Below are positions 12,723-25,679 of a stretch of DNA of 64,000 bases, one piece after another. Under the pieces are notes generated by a model that saw only the letters and a program-made list of their open reading frames with translations, was not told the DNA's origin and did not search any database. The position numbers and the translations under genes are program-made. Numbering within the stretch: the stretch's first letter is position 1; every line of letters begins with the position of its first letter. The stretch lies in assembly GCA_030704615.1 (NCBI GenBank), contig CM060733.1, forward strand, positions 71,610,001-71,674,000, given 5' to 3'. This stretch comes from Takakia lepidozioides (taxonomy: Eukaryota > Plantae > Bryophyta).

Positions 12723-13513
12723 CGAGCTCCTGGGGATGCGCAATGGCGACGTCTTGTCTCTTCTCACAGGCGGGAGAACCTGCTGTGATGGCATCGTCCC
12801 TTTCCCTCCTCTGGCTTTTATGTTTCGCAGCGGCGCTTTGGTGGGGAAGTATATCGCTCCCTATCCCTTCTTAGACCTAGCATTTGCATGCTTGGCTTCT
12901 CCTTAGCTGTGCTGGAGGTGGCGTGTTGGTGGGGATGGCGCAGTGTTACCTCATGGCGATTAGGGTTCCTTTTACTCCATATCTTTCTCTCTTGTTTTTG
13001 GGGTTCTTAGTTGACATCGATAACGAGTGTAGGGGTCTGTGATTCACCTGGGGTTCCATAATCCTCACTAACCCATTGGTTTTTGTGGGGATTTGTGATG
13101 GGACCAGGTGAGGATCCCTACCTACTTTGAATTCTCTTGAGTTTGCAGATAAGGATGTGTGCAAAAGGAACATACTGCTGCTGCCTGCAGCCCCAATTTC
13201 GGCCCGCTTGCTCCCGGTTTGACATGATGATGCTTGCTTTTGACTTATCTTTTGCTGCTGCTGATGGAGCACTTTGGCCTGGCAGCCTTGTCTTATGCAG
13301 CACTGAATGTGAATCCTACCTTGTCTTGAATCTTTGACAACTTTGCCTGTGGATTTTTAGACTAGGTTTCCTTTTTTTTGGCCTTAAAAGAGGATTGATG
13401 GTGTAAGGGACAAGTCATAAGCGGCTGTTTGGCTCTAAGGATGAGGAGACCTGAGTTTTGTTAAAAAAAACAGCCTGATAAGGCAGTGATAGGCCGTTTT
13501 CAGACCTGGATTT
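12723..13513 (+). repeat. Direct repeat copy 2 (about 790 bp)
   Basis: Matches 9140-9861 with a roughly 75-bp extra segment near 13260-13337. Confidence 0.9.
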
Positions 13514-13749
13514 GGAGGTTAGCTATTTCATGAGCATGAGCGGCATGAGCGGAGTAGCAAGACAATCGGTTTTCATGAGCAGAAGTACAAATTTCGAAAA
13601 TAAAAAACATTATAAAACATTAATTTAATGCAATGTGTTAGAAAAATCAAATATATTATTCGGCACATTGAAGGGAAAATTGTAGTTTTGAGAGTTGTGC
13701 TCATGATATTTCGTCTTCCGCTCATGCCAATTCCCAGCGACATGTGCAA

Positions 13750-14145
13750 AAATGGCGCCGAATTTCGCGGTAATAGGGTCCGTAACCGGAAAGAACCGCG
13801 ACGTATTTCGCGGTAATAGGTATCTCTGGCGAAAAATGGTGCCGAATTCCGTGGCTATAGGTCCCCTCAGGACAGGTGTGTAAGCCCAAAATTTGGAAAT
13901 GTGGCACCGAATTTCGGTACATGGTGCCGGGGATTGCACAGATGTTGGGCAATTCTGGGCCATGTAACTAGAAATTCGGCGCCATTTTTCCAGACATCGT
14001 TCCCGAGCATGTTCGGACTTAGCCAGTTTTCGGCCCAAAATAGGGAAATTCGGCGCCATTTTTCCAGACACAGGGGTACCAGTGCATGTTGGGACTTAGC
14101 CAGTTTTCGGCCCAAAATAGAGAAATTCGGCGCCATTTTTCCAGA
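13750..14145. repeat. Subterminal cluster of B-type palindrome variants
   Basis: aaaatggcgccgaatttc and gaaattcggcgccattttt occur about 6 times; the same cluster is at 52005-52385. Confidence 0.8.
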
Positions 14146-14299
14146 AATGGCCCCACAACTGCTTCTGTTGGATCTCAGTTTGAATGGAATATTGCCTCAT
14201 TCCAGGAGTTTTGGGGTGCATTTCATTACACTGCAAGAAAAAGTCTGATACATGAAAATGCAATTGAAAATATCCATATGGAGGATTCCCTTTGCCCCA

Positions 14300-16860
14300 T
14301 CAATGATTTCTGGAATCCCTAAGGAGGAGTTTGTGCAGCTCGTTCACGCTCAACGCCGGTGCATGAATAAAGTCATCAATAGTCACGTTCATCCTCAACC
14401 TCTTCAAGTAAATGTAATACAGATGCTTGCACGGATAATACTTTGAACCCTTCTTTGCTTCCATCAACGAGAAGTCCGTACAATTGCAAGTCGGCTCTAC
14501 TCCAATCGTGATTGTGTATACATCGTCGCGTACAGCCGAGCCGGCTGTTGCCATCCGATAAACATGCCCAAGGCCGGGTGGAGGTACGTCCACGGAGCTC
14601 TGAATAGTGCAAGCCATCCCAAGAGCATTGGCAATCCGAGTCTCATTCAACTTGTTGGGAGGGTGTCGTCTCTTCACTCTTCCGAATCGCATTGTGGGAT
14701 GTGCAGAATTGTCCAATCCGTCTCTACTGGACCGAACAGTCTGCAATGGCTGGGTCTGAGGAACTGGAAATGCGTGGGCCAGGACGTCTGTGCGTTGCAC
14801 CATTCGAAATCCTGCTGTAGATAGAGCATCTGCCTCATTCTGAGAGAGGCTGCAACCCGGTGCAACAGGCCAGACGCTCGGAGGCTCCGGCATTCCCTGA
14901 ATCCCGTACTTGGGCTTGCCAAATACACAGGTCATTATGTCGTGCCTACAGAACCAAAACGTCTGCGTTGTGGCGTAAGCAAATGTGGGAGTCAAAAATC
15001 TGTCGCTGAAACAAGGTGCATGTACAGCACCGTGTGGGTTCCTCCGAATCATCTCACCACAGCATGCTCTCGTATCCACCCAAATGGCGCAGCACTTCCC
15101 TCGAAATGCCGGCAATGTCTTTGCAATTCTCCACTGTGACTCCGACACTCTTGTCTCCACAATGGGTATGTTGTATTGCGTTACTACAGATGGCTCGTTA
15201 TGTTCCTCGGGCACGTGCCCTGTGCTCAAAGGAGATGGCGATCTTGAACGTGCAGGACTTGCGGTGCTCGACGAGACCTCCTCGGGCAACATCACGGGAC
15301 CACGAGGGAGCGTGCGAATATTCTTGTCAGCTCGCCATGAATCCTCTTCCCCGCTAGGTGCCTCATCAAGTCTTCGTCTCACTGGACGGGTATGAACATC
15401 TCCTTTCAAATGTTGGCCTCTTCGAAGCAATGGCGTGTCCCGAAGGCCCTCTCGCAAGGCCGCCGCCCACTTCCGAGGATTCTTCGATCTGGGGGAAGTC
15501 CGCATCAGCATTTCCTGCCTGTCCGGCCCCAAGCCCCACTGTTTCCCTTTTAAGAACTCGTTGTACCTGCATTGCTGCATAATTGACCTCACAATGTCCT
15601 CCGTTGCGGCAGTGAGGATGTCCACCAGATGCGCCGCAGAAGAGGCACGCCAGGAAGAATGCACTGATTCGGCCATGTTTGTCGTCGGCATGTCGGTGTC
15701 GGAGTCGAGACACATTTCCTGCACAAGCACATGTTGAGGTTACAAGCAAGTTACAAATAATGCCAAGAATAATATTCAACGGGACGCGAATTCGTCCAAC
15801 TCACCTCCCGCATATAGTCGCCGAACTGGAGGAAACAATAATGCCACCATGCTAGCCAACTGACCATTGCTCCCTCGTCTGATTTCCTTACAGCACTTGA
15901 CGATGTCCACCAAGCCCGTATACATGCAAACTGCGTCTCTGCATCATCCAAGGTGGGAGCGCGCTTCCACGCAAGACACATGGAACGGTGCTCCTCTCTG
16001 AAATCTGGCGCCACGAGCCTGGTTGTGTACTGCGAAAGGCTCTGCAGAAAATGGAACCCACAAGATCTCTCCTTGTCTTCCATGGGAACATTGGGGTCTT
16101 GCCCGTACACCCTTCGGATGGCAGCCCAATTTGCTTGTGCGTTGTCCGCCATGAAACCACGGAAATTGGGAGGGGGCAATCCCGCCTTCGCCATCTGTTC
16201 GTTTATTCCCTGCCAAAGAAGCATCTCCGATTGTGTGTCCTCTCCTTTCATCTCACAAACAGCAATTGTCATTAGCATCCTGCAGTGGGTGTCATAGACA
16301 TGTGCACCCATTGTCACCCACTGGTGATTTGTAATTCGCTTGATATGGTCGAACATGACCCAACTGTTTGACAAGTCCCCACTCGTCATCCTGTCGACCA
16401 GTTCGACGCCGCTGCCAGGTCCACACGTGGACATTTTGAATACGAAACAACGGTCTGCCTCAGTCCTTTGTCCTAGAAACCTACTTCCATGAATGTAGTC
16501 ATATCCACATCGTCGCTTCACCTCCAGAATGGAGTGCATATCCGAGCCACGCCCAATTTTCTGTTTGCATGAGACAATGTGGTTTCGGACATTCGGTGAA
16601 CAGACGTGGGACACCGACTCCAGCAATGCCTCCATTTCCTTCTCATCGAGAGGAACTCTATCGGAGCCATCTTCCGACATAATTCTGGCCAATGCCATCT
16701 TATGGGCGGCTTGGAGCTATATCTGTTTGGGTTTGGCACCCGGTCTCAACTTACCCTCCTCGTGAACGAGCTGCTCTGCCTCGTGGGCAGCCTCCCGCGA
16801 GTTCCCCCTCGCCAATTTGTGACAATGGGAACCAACGTGTATGCAAGCTCGGGTCATCTT
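14300..16860 (-). pseudogene. MULE-type DDE transposase with C-terminal SWIM zinc finger
   Basis: WVMFDH (D1), FMADNAQA (D2), CGFH (CxxH), TTNMAESVH (E) and SWIM CNCTDF...YPCKHL. GT-AG intron at 15719-15804. In-frame TAG at 16717-16719. The N-terminal zinc domain is cut at about 16860. Confidence 0.85.
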
Positions 16861-18010
16861 CGAGTTTCCACCTGTTACTTCGTCAAACAAAGCCTCAGGG
16901 ATGTTAACAGACATGGATCGAAAGCATGACAGACACCCCTGGTGTGTGACTAAGACCAGTAGCACGAAAATTGCTGATGGTGTTCGTGTACGATACGTCC
17001 TCTGTGCGTGGATGCTGAGGTGCCTCAATCCCGCCTGCTTCCACTTTCTCTCCAAAGGAGGGCGGAGAAACAAGACAGATTGGACTGGCACAACCCATCA
17101 TCCATTCATTGTCTCCAACCAAGCTCCTGCGGGTACTTTCAAGTGCGCACATTGCAAAGAACCACCGACGTGCATGTCCATGTGCAGAGCCAAGCAATAT
17201 TACGTAATCCATTTGCTCCCGGACTTGACTAGAGCTTGCATACACGTTGGGGTCCACTGCCATCCCTTGGCGAGAGGCAACATGCATGAGGCTGTGCAGG
17301 AAGCACACGACATCATAAAAGAGGAGGTGAAATTAAGCCCCGGAGTCAGACCAAAGCAGATTCAGCTGAAGGCAGCCCACAAGATTGCTCTTGGCAAAAT
17401 CATGTCTGAAGATGGTTCAGACCGAGTGCCCTTGAACGAAGAGGAGATGCTTGACCTGTTGGAGTCCGTCTTGCATGTTTGTAGTTCGAATGTGCGGAAT
17501 CACATCGTATCTTGCAAGCAGGAGTTCGGCCGGGGGTCGGACATGCACTCAATCCTGGAGGTGAAACGAATGACTGGATATGACTACAACCAAGGTAGCA
17601 GGTTTCCAGGGCAAGGTAGCGAATCCAATCGTTGTTACATTTTTAAAATGTCGACGTGTGGGCCTGGGAGTGGAGTCGACTTGGACACTCGCATGACAAC
17701 TGGAAACTTGTCGAATGTTTGGGTGATGTTTGATCACATCAAGCCAATTACAAACCATCAGTGGGTGACTATGGGTGCGCATGTTTATGACTATCACTCC
17801 AAGAGGCTCATGACGATTGCAATCTGCAAGATGAAAGGGGAGAACACACAGTCGGAGATGCATCTGTGGGAGGGCATAAACGAGAAGATGGCAAGGGCGG
17901 GATTGGCAGAGCCCAATTTCAGGGGATTCATGGCAGACAACGCTCAGGCCAACTGGGCAGCGGTGCGGCTTGTGTACGGTGAGGACCCCAATGTTCCAAT
18001 GAAGAAGTAA
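16853..18010 (+). pseudogene. Inverted, diverged partial copy of the transposase: GCM/WRKY-like zinc domain plus first half of the DDE domain
   Basis: CxxxLRCxNxxC...CxxC...C...HxGxHxHP, then text paralogous to 15751-16860 (WVMFDHIK, FRGFMADNAQANWAA). It ends before the CxxH motif. Confidence 0.8.
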
Positions 18011-18268
18011 ATCCAGAGCCCAACCCATCAATGAAGACGAGCGAGAACCGGGTTGTTCACAACCTGTTCGACTTCGACGAGGTCATGGAAGTTCCGAGAT
18101 TCGCGGATTGTTTTGTGGAAGGCGCCAGGATAGAACGTGCATTTGGTGGGCAAATGAAGTCCCCAACCGCCCTGTATATGGCGCTGTCCGATGGTGGAAC
18201 TCGCCATTCCTTGCCATCGCCGAAATCATCGTGGAGCACAACAATACTCTCGACAACAACGCCGTTTG

Positions 18269-18996
18269 TGTCGCGCACCTCACTTCGGTAAACTCCCCCC
18301 CCTCAAGTCAAAGGTTACTCGCTTGATGCGCGCGCCTAACTCCCAACCTGGCCGCCAGGCCAACTTGGAGCTCCGGCTGCTCACCGGGGCATAACGGTCC
18401 CCCTTTGATCTCCCAAAGAACCCTCCAACGATTTGGAACCAGCGGAATTCCCTTTGGTAGTTGGAAGTCCGGAACTGCTCCCCACTCTTTGGTCGCTTTC
18501 CGGCTCGCTCGCTTACTCACTAGTTTTTGGTCACCAACGGGCTTGCACCGTTCTCGGGGTTACTACTCCCTATATATACTTCTGTAGCTGTCCGCGGGGG
18601 TTTCACAAACAACCATGCCATTTTATGGCGAACCACCACGAACACCCTCGACTCCCGGTGATGAGTCGCGGTGAGTCTTGGCCCACCCACCACGGCCCCT
18701 ATGGACCGTGATGAGTCCCAAGACTCCCCACGACTCCCACCACGAGGTCTCCACCCTAGGGTGAGTCCTATGCCACCCCCACTAAGTCCCGCTAAGCTAC
18801 CACCACCCCTTGTGGAGCCACCCCCACCGCAACCCGGTGTGCGGGGCTCCACCTAGTGAGCGCCTCCGCCTCCTTGAGTGCCTTGGGCACTCAAGGGTGC
18901 TTCAGCCCCCCATACCTATCGCTGCCACTGCCCCCACCACAGGGGCAGCCCCTCTTGTGTCCTGACCCCCTGCCCTCAAGGCAAAGGGCCGCGACA
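18269..18996 (-). repeat. 3' LTR
   Basis: About 8 transition differences from 24521-25248, counted by eye. Preceded on the minus strand by G-rich ggtgggggtgtg (PPT-like). Confidence 0.95.
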
Positions 18997-19879
18997 CACA
19001 CCCCCACCAACAGGGAGTCGATGTCCTCATCGGCTTGTCCATTTTGTGGAAACGAACATCCAAGTTGTGGCGTCCCACATCAAGGAGTACCATGGCGTCC
19101 CATGGCAAAGAACCAAATCCCACACCTGACTCTACTCTCCACTAGCTAGTTAGGCCGACTTCCTCCAAGTCCCGGCCAAGGGTGGAACCTCTCAAGCTCC
19201 TCCCAATGCACTCTTCTTGGCCTACTTCAAGGCCAAAGAACGATCCTCCCCGAGGATCGAATCAGCTTACTGCAACAACATTGCTTGTGACCGCTCATGA
19301 TGCCGCTTTTGGCATCACCTTGAGCAAGGGTTCACCTCGAATCCTCTTTGACTAGGAAGATAACCTTGAACCAACCGCGCGCCCCAATCACTACAATTGG
19401 GTCCGCCTTGGAATGCTGGCCTGAGGTACGGGAACACGCCGAAGCCGCACTACGACTTCGTCCCGAGGCTACACGATTATAGTACGTGAACGGAAGCACG
19501 TAGCTTCCGCGTTAGCCCGCACTACAAAGCAACCCCCTCGGTAGCGCAGTTATAGTATGCGCACGCGCCAGGTGCGCACTAGCACGTGAACTCCTAAAGA
19601 AGGCGCAAGTTTCCTTGCCCCTTGGATGGGAGTCACCCGATTTCAGCACTGCGCAAACACACGATTAACCTAATTTACCTCTCCCACTTTTGTAAGCTAG
19701 CATGCATTCTACACACTAGCCAACCACACCATGCATGACCATTCCAAACAAAATAGGACGCACAACATTTGGAACCCATTTCCTTTTTAACAATTTTTTG
19801 TACAATACAAGTTTTTGCAATCGGATTCCTAAGCTAGCTAAGCCGGGTTAAGCATGCATTTCCTCCCCCACGCTCCAAG

Positions 19880-22800
19880 GTTGATGTCCCCATTAACGCT
19901 TCTTCCGCTTCTTCCGCCTTTCGAAAACTGCAACCGCCTCGGATGCGTTTCTCATTTCTGAGGCACGCACCCAAGATGCCTCCACATGATGATAGCCCTT
20001 CTATTTGACGAGATACTCCGTTTCTCGGTTCTTGAACCTCCTCGACTTAAGTACTGCCTCCACCTTGTACTCAGGTTCATTTTCATGATCCAACAGCACA
20101 GGTGGCGGACGCAACACTTGATGCCGATTCGGACGCGCTTCATCTTTGAAGTAAGGCTTCAAAAGAGAGACGTGGAATACTAGATGCACCTTGCTGTTTG
20201 CGGGCAGCTCCAATTCATACACATCCTCATTCATAACCTTCCGGATGCGAAAGGGTCCCGCATACGGAGGTACAAACTCACTTCCGGAGGTAGTCGGAAA
20301 TTCTTGACTTCCGGAGGTAGTCGGAAATTCTTGATGTTCAACCAGACCTCCGTGCCTGCCTCAAACTTCACTTCCCTCCGCTTCCGATTCGCCTGCCTTT
20401 CATATCGTTTCCTAGCTTTGGCAATGTTGTACTTTGCGAGCTTCAACAAACGCTCGCGTTCTTCCAGTACCGCCGCTACTGCCGGTTCCTCAACGTCCTG
20501 GGCGGCCCAACTTGTCGGCACCAGAGGTGCTTTTCCATAGACCAATACGAAAGGGGAAACTCCCGTTGCGGAGTGTTCTGTGTTATTATAACAGAACTCT
20601 GCCGCGTCTAAGTGTTCCACCCAGTCTGTTTGGTCTGCCGACACGTAATTCCGCAAGATCTGCTTCACTACGGAATTCACTCTTTCCGTTTGGCCGTCGG
20701 TCGTAGGTCGAAAGGCGGTGCTCATCTTCAGCCTCGTCCCCATCTTCTTCCAAAGTGCCCTCCAAAATTTACTCGTAAACTTTGGATCGCGGTCCGAGGC
20801 AATATCCTTCGGGACTCCATGATGCTTTAAGACGTGGGCGAAGTAAAGTCGCCCTGTTTCCTGCGCCGTTGCCGTCTCCTTGGTAGGGATGAAATGGCCC
20901 ATTTTACTGAACCTATCCACCACCACCATGATTGCATCGAATCATTTTGATAGCGGCATAGCAGTCATGAAATCCATCGAGACGCTTTCCCAAGTCCCCT
21001 CTGGAATTGGCAAGGGTTGTGACAGCCCCGCTTGCTTTTTGTACTCGCTCCGGTTTTGTTGGCATGTGGTGCATGTCTTGACATACTCCTCTGCCTCCTC
21101 CCTCAGTTTGGGCCAGAAATACTCTTTCTTCAAGAGTGCCGCAGTGCGCTTGGCTCCGCCGTGGCCCGCAAGCGGGCTATCATGGCATTCTCTCAAGAGG
21201 CTATCTCTGATCCCTCCTTTCGGCACGTAGAGACGCTTTTGCTTGTATTGGAGCAGTCCATTTTGCAAGTGGAACTGCGATTTAACCCCCATCCTCAAGT
21301 CCTGCATCACGGACTTCGCCAGCTCATCCTTCCGCCAAGCCTTCCGGATCTTCCTTTGGAGCGCCGTCTCGCCTCTGTACACCAACATGAGCTGCTGCTT
21401 TCTACTCAAAGCATCGGCCACCATGTTGTCCCGTCCCGGTTTGTACTGGATATCCACGTCGAACACCGCCAAAGTATCTTGCCACCTAAGTTGTTTCGGG
21501 GACAACTTGGGCTGCGTGGCAAAATACTTCACCGTGACATTGTCCGTGAACACCTTCACTAGGTTGGAACCAACATAGTGGTGCCAAAGCTCAAGACAGT
21601 GCACCACCGCCTTCATCTCTTTCTCGTGCATCGGCCACCGTCGCTCCACTTCATTCAGTTTCTTACTTTCGTAAGCCACTGGACGTCCATCTTGCATCAG
21701 TACACCCCCAATCGCGAAGTCCGACGCATCTGTATGAATCTCGAACGGACGATCGAACTCCGGGATTTTCAAGACTGGAGCTTCCACCATCCGCTGCTTC
21801 AATTCAGCAAAAGTTTGGCCACAAAATGTGTTCCATGCCCAGACTTTGGATTTACACAGAAGGTCTGACAGCGGCCCCGCGATCTTGGCGAAATTTCTCC
21901 TTCCGGTAATAGGAGGCGAGTCCTAGGAAGGATCGCACTCCCGGGACCGAAGTCGGAGGCTCCCAGTCCAAGATTGCCCTCACCTTTCTATCATCCATTA
22001 TGATCCCATCCTGTGTAATCACATGCCCCAGGAACTCCACTTTTGTGACCCCGAATTTGCACTTTGAAGCTTTAGCATACAGCTTCCTTTCCCGCAATTT
22101 CTGGAACACCTTTTTGAGGTGCTCTAGGTGCTCCTCCTTTGTTTTCGAATACACCAAGATGTTGTCGATGTACACGATCACAAAGTCATCCAACCACTCC
22201 TGGAAAAGGTTGTTCATCAGCATGCTAAAGGTCGCGGGAGCGTTGGTGAGTCCAAAATGCATCACCAAGAACTCATATAAACCATACCTTGTCCTGCACA
22301 CGGTCTTCACCTCATCTCCTTCCGCAACTCGAATTTGATGATAGCCGGAGCGCAGATCGATCCGGCTGAAATACTTCGCTCCTGCCAACCGATCAAAAAG
22401 GTCGTCGATCCTTGGCAAAGGGTACCGGTTTTTGATAGTCACCTTATTCAAAGCCCTGTAATCGATACACATCCGCAGCGTCCCATCCTTCTTGTCTGCG
22501 AATAGCATCGGGGCTCCGTAAGGTGACTTACTCGGCCGGATGTACCCCTTTGACATTAGATCTTTGAGCTGAGTCTTCAGCTCGACCAACTCTCTGTGGC
22601 TCAACCGGTAGGGCGCCTTGGCAGGCGGTTCCGATCCCGGTATCACCTCAATCTTGTGGTCAACTCCTCTTCGCGGTGGCAAGCCGCTTGGTAAATCCTC
22701 CGGCATCACATCCTGGTATTTCTCCAAAATCCCCTTGATCCAATCTGGGCTCGGCTCCCCATTGCCTTCTCCCTTCACTTCTCTAATGTAGAGCAAAAAC

Positions 22801-24465
22801 AAGGGCTCGTGTGCCTCCTCCACTGTCCACTCCCTTGCTGACAGAAGGTTTATTCTCCCTCCCACGGGTTTGGGCGTTTCCGACACTCGTAAGACCTCGC
22901 CACCATTCCCACATGGCAGCTGACTACTCTCTTGCGGCCATGTATGACCGCTCCGGATTTGCTCAAAAAGGTCATCCCCAAAATGAGATCCACTCCATCA
23001 ATCTCGCAGATGGTGAAGTTCTCACGTCCCTCCGAACTCCCCAGTTGAAGAGGAACATCAAACGCCAACCTTGTCGCCAATTGCGGTTCTCCTTTGGCAG
23101 AACGCACCTCAATAGAGGCCCCCACGTCACTTGTCGGGAGTCCCAGCTTTTGTGCCGTTGCCGGTGTCATGAAGGAGTGCGACGCTCCTGTGTCCACCAA
23201 CAACGACACGTTAGTTCCGGATATTATCCCATCCACGAACAATAACTGACTCCCTTTACGTAAGGCGCCAGTTTCCTGATATAACTCACAAGAAAATTTG
23301 CCTACCTTGCAAGTCCTGGCGACCACCGCTTCCACCAAGCGATTGATGGTATCTTCCGACAGCTCTGTGGTCGCCCGAGTCATGTTCAATTGTCGGGGCT
23401 TCGTGCACTTCTTGGCCATGTGCCCGGGCTCCCCGCAATTGAAACACACTCCATCAAAGGTCGCCTTCTGTCCGCCATAGGCCGCTCCACCCGCTTTTCC
23501 TTTCGAAGCACCGGGTGCCGCCTTGACTTGTGAAGGCCCTCCCTTCGATTTCCACGTGCCTTGTCGCCGTGTGGCCTATCCCACTTCTTTTCCGATCGGA
23601 AGGAGTCACCTTCCCGCCGGATCTTCTTGTGGTTCAGCTCCGTACGGCCTTGTCTTTCACCCTTAGGGACATCCGAGAAACATTCAGCCCTCTCAATTGC
23701 CTCGTTCAAAGTCTTAGGTGGCTTCTCCTCCAACTTCCGCCTGGCCCATGGGGCCAGTCCCGCCACAAAGTTGAAGACCATTTCTGGTTCTGCCATGTCC
23801 GCGACTTCAAGCAACAGCACATTGAAAGCTTGGACATATCCCCGAATGTCATCTGTTTGCTTCAAATTCCTCATCTTGTCCCGGGCGAGCCAGGACGCAT
23901 TGAGGGGCACAAACTGCCTCTTCATCAATTCCTTGAACCCACTCCAGTTCAAGGTTTCCGGGCTTGGACCTCGGTCGTGAAGGCGTTTCTGCCACCATTG
24001 TTGAGCATAGCCCCTCAAATAGGTGGGAGCCACTTCCACCCGATCCTCGTCACTCAACTTGGCCGCCCGGAAGTACTGCTCTAGCTCCAAGAGCCAGGTG
24101 TTGAGTGCCTTCCGATTTCAGACGCCCTCGAAGGTGCCGGGTTCCTTAGGCTTCACCTTAAACTTTGCCCTAGTGAAAGTGGCATTAGCCGCCTTCAACA
24201 TGTCTTTCAACGTCCCGCCAAATTGCGCCAACAACCCTTCCCAAAAGGCTGCCGGCATGGGAGGCATCTGTTGGTCGGAGCGAGCTCTCAGGGATTCCTC
24301 AGGCTCCGACTCCTCAGATTCCTCCCGCTCTTGAGCGGCCTCGTTTTCGGAAACATGCATCGCTTCTTCAAACGGCCGCCTCGGTGACACGTCGCCCCCA
24401 TCGGGATCACCAGGATCATCATCTTTTGGGCCGTTCCGCTTTCGCTTTGGCTTGCCCGACCCCAT
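19880..24465 (-). pseudogene. Gypsy gag-pol with frameshifts
   Basis: Gag (23386-24465), zinc knuckle CFNCGEPGHMAKKC, protease LVDTGAS, RT with YIDN in place of YIDD, RNase H TDASD, integrase HHCC and core, chromodomain EYKVEAVL...EYLVK*. A 27-bp tandem duplication lies near 20280-20335. Confidence 0.93.
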
Positions 24466-24506
24466 AATGAGGCCAATCCCAAGGACGATCGCGTACTGAA
24501 CTCTAA

Positions 24507-24518
24507 GCTCTGATACCA
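24507..24518 (-). promoter_or_regulatory. Primer binding site for initiator tRNA-Met
   Basis: TGGTATCAGAGC on the minus strand, 2 nt internal to the 5' LTR boundary. Confidence 0.92.
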
Positions 24519-24520
24519 AG

Positions 24521-25248
24521 TGTCGCGCACCTCACTTCGGTAAACTCCCCCCCCTCAAGTCAAAGGTTACTCGCTTGATGCGCGCGCCTAACTCCCAACC
24601 TGGCCGCCAAGCCAACTTGGAGCTCCGGCTGCTCACCGGGGCATAACGGTCCCCCTTTGATCTCCCAAAGAACCCTCCAACGATTTGGAACCAGCGGAAT
24701 TCCCTTTGGTAGTTGGAAGTCCGGAACTGCTCCCCACTCTTTGGTCGCTTTCCGGCTCGCTCGCTTACTCACTAGTTTTTGGTCACCAACGGGCTTGCAC
24801 CGTTCTCGGGGTTACTACTCCCTATATATACTTCTGTAGCTGTCCGCGGGGGTTTCACAAACAACCATGCCATTTTATGGCGAACCACCACGAACACCCT
24901 CGACTCCCGGTGATGAGTCGCGGTGAGTCTTGGCCCACCCACCACGGCCCCTATGGACCGTGATGAGTCCCAAGACTCCCCACGACTCCCACCACAAGGT
25001 CTCCGCCCCAGGGTGAGTCCTATGCCACCCCCACTAAGTCCCGCTAAGCTACCACCACCCCTTGTGGAGCCACCCCCACCGCAACCTGGTGTGCGGGGCT
25101 CCACCTAGTGAGCGCCTCCGCCTCCTTGAGTGCCTTGGGCACTCAAGGGTGCTTCAGCCCCCCATATCTATCGCTGCCACTGCCCCCACCACAAGGGCAG
25201 CCCCTCTTGTGTCCCGACCCCCTGCCCTCAAGGCAAAGGGCCGCGACA
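24521..25248 (-). repeat. 5' LTR
   Basis: Direct repeat of 18269-18996, adjacent to the PBS. Confidence 0.95.
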
Positions 25249-25679
25249 GTTTGAGTCCTTCCTTTCCTCCTCCAGAAAAACCGACCCCGGTTTCAGGTGG
25301 TATCGAACGCACAGATATTTCTCCATCACACGGCAGATGTCCCCTCTGCACGGAAATGAAGCTCTATGCTCGTGAGGAGGGCAGTACACTGTAGCGCTCG
25401 GGTTTTCCGCCATGGGAGATGTGCACACAAGACTGCCAGGATGGCGTGCGGGCAAGCTCCCTGGTAGAAGGGGGATGCACCGATGGGAAGAAATGCAGTG
25501 CCGATTTGTCCGAGCGACAAAGCCTCATCCAGATCCAGGGAGCTAAATATCTCAAAAATCCACAGTCAGAGTGTTAATGAACAATGTCTCCGGAATGCGG
25601 CCCCTGGTCTTTGCGCAATAACTGCCAACGGTATGCAGTCAGAAAGTGGGGGGCCGCCCGGATGATGTCGGCTGAAGGG

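Larger units (their letters stand above)
18269..25248 (-). mobile_element. Ty3/Gypsy chromovirus LTR retrotransposon, structurally complete with decayed ORFs
   Basis: Two 728-bp LTRs (TGTCGCG...CGCGACA). 5-bp TSD GTTTG at 18264-18268 and 25249-25253; the empty site is visible in B2 near 53185. PBS, PPT and gag-PR-RT-RH-IN-chromodomain order are present. Confidence 0.97.

Noticed and set aside
9140-13513. LTR pair of a retrotransposon
   Set aside because: No TG...CA ends, PBS or internal retroelement motifs were recognised, and both outer boundaries are set by MULE insertions.
9055-13620. The two TIRs as ends of one element
   Set aside because: They face outward from the intervening DNA and belong to different subfamilies.
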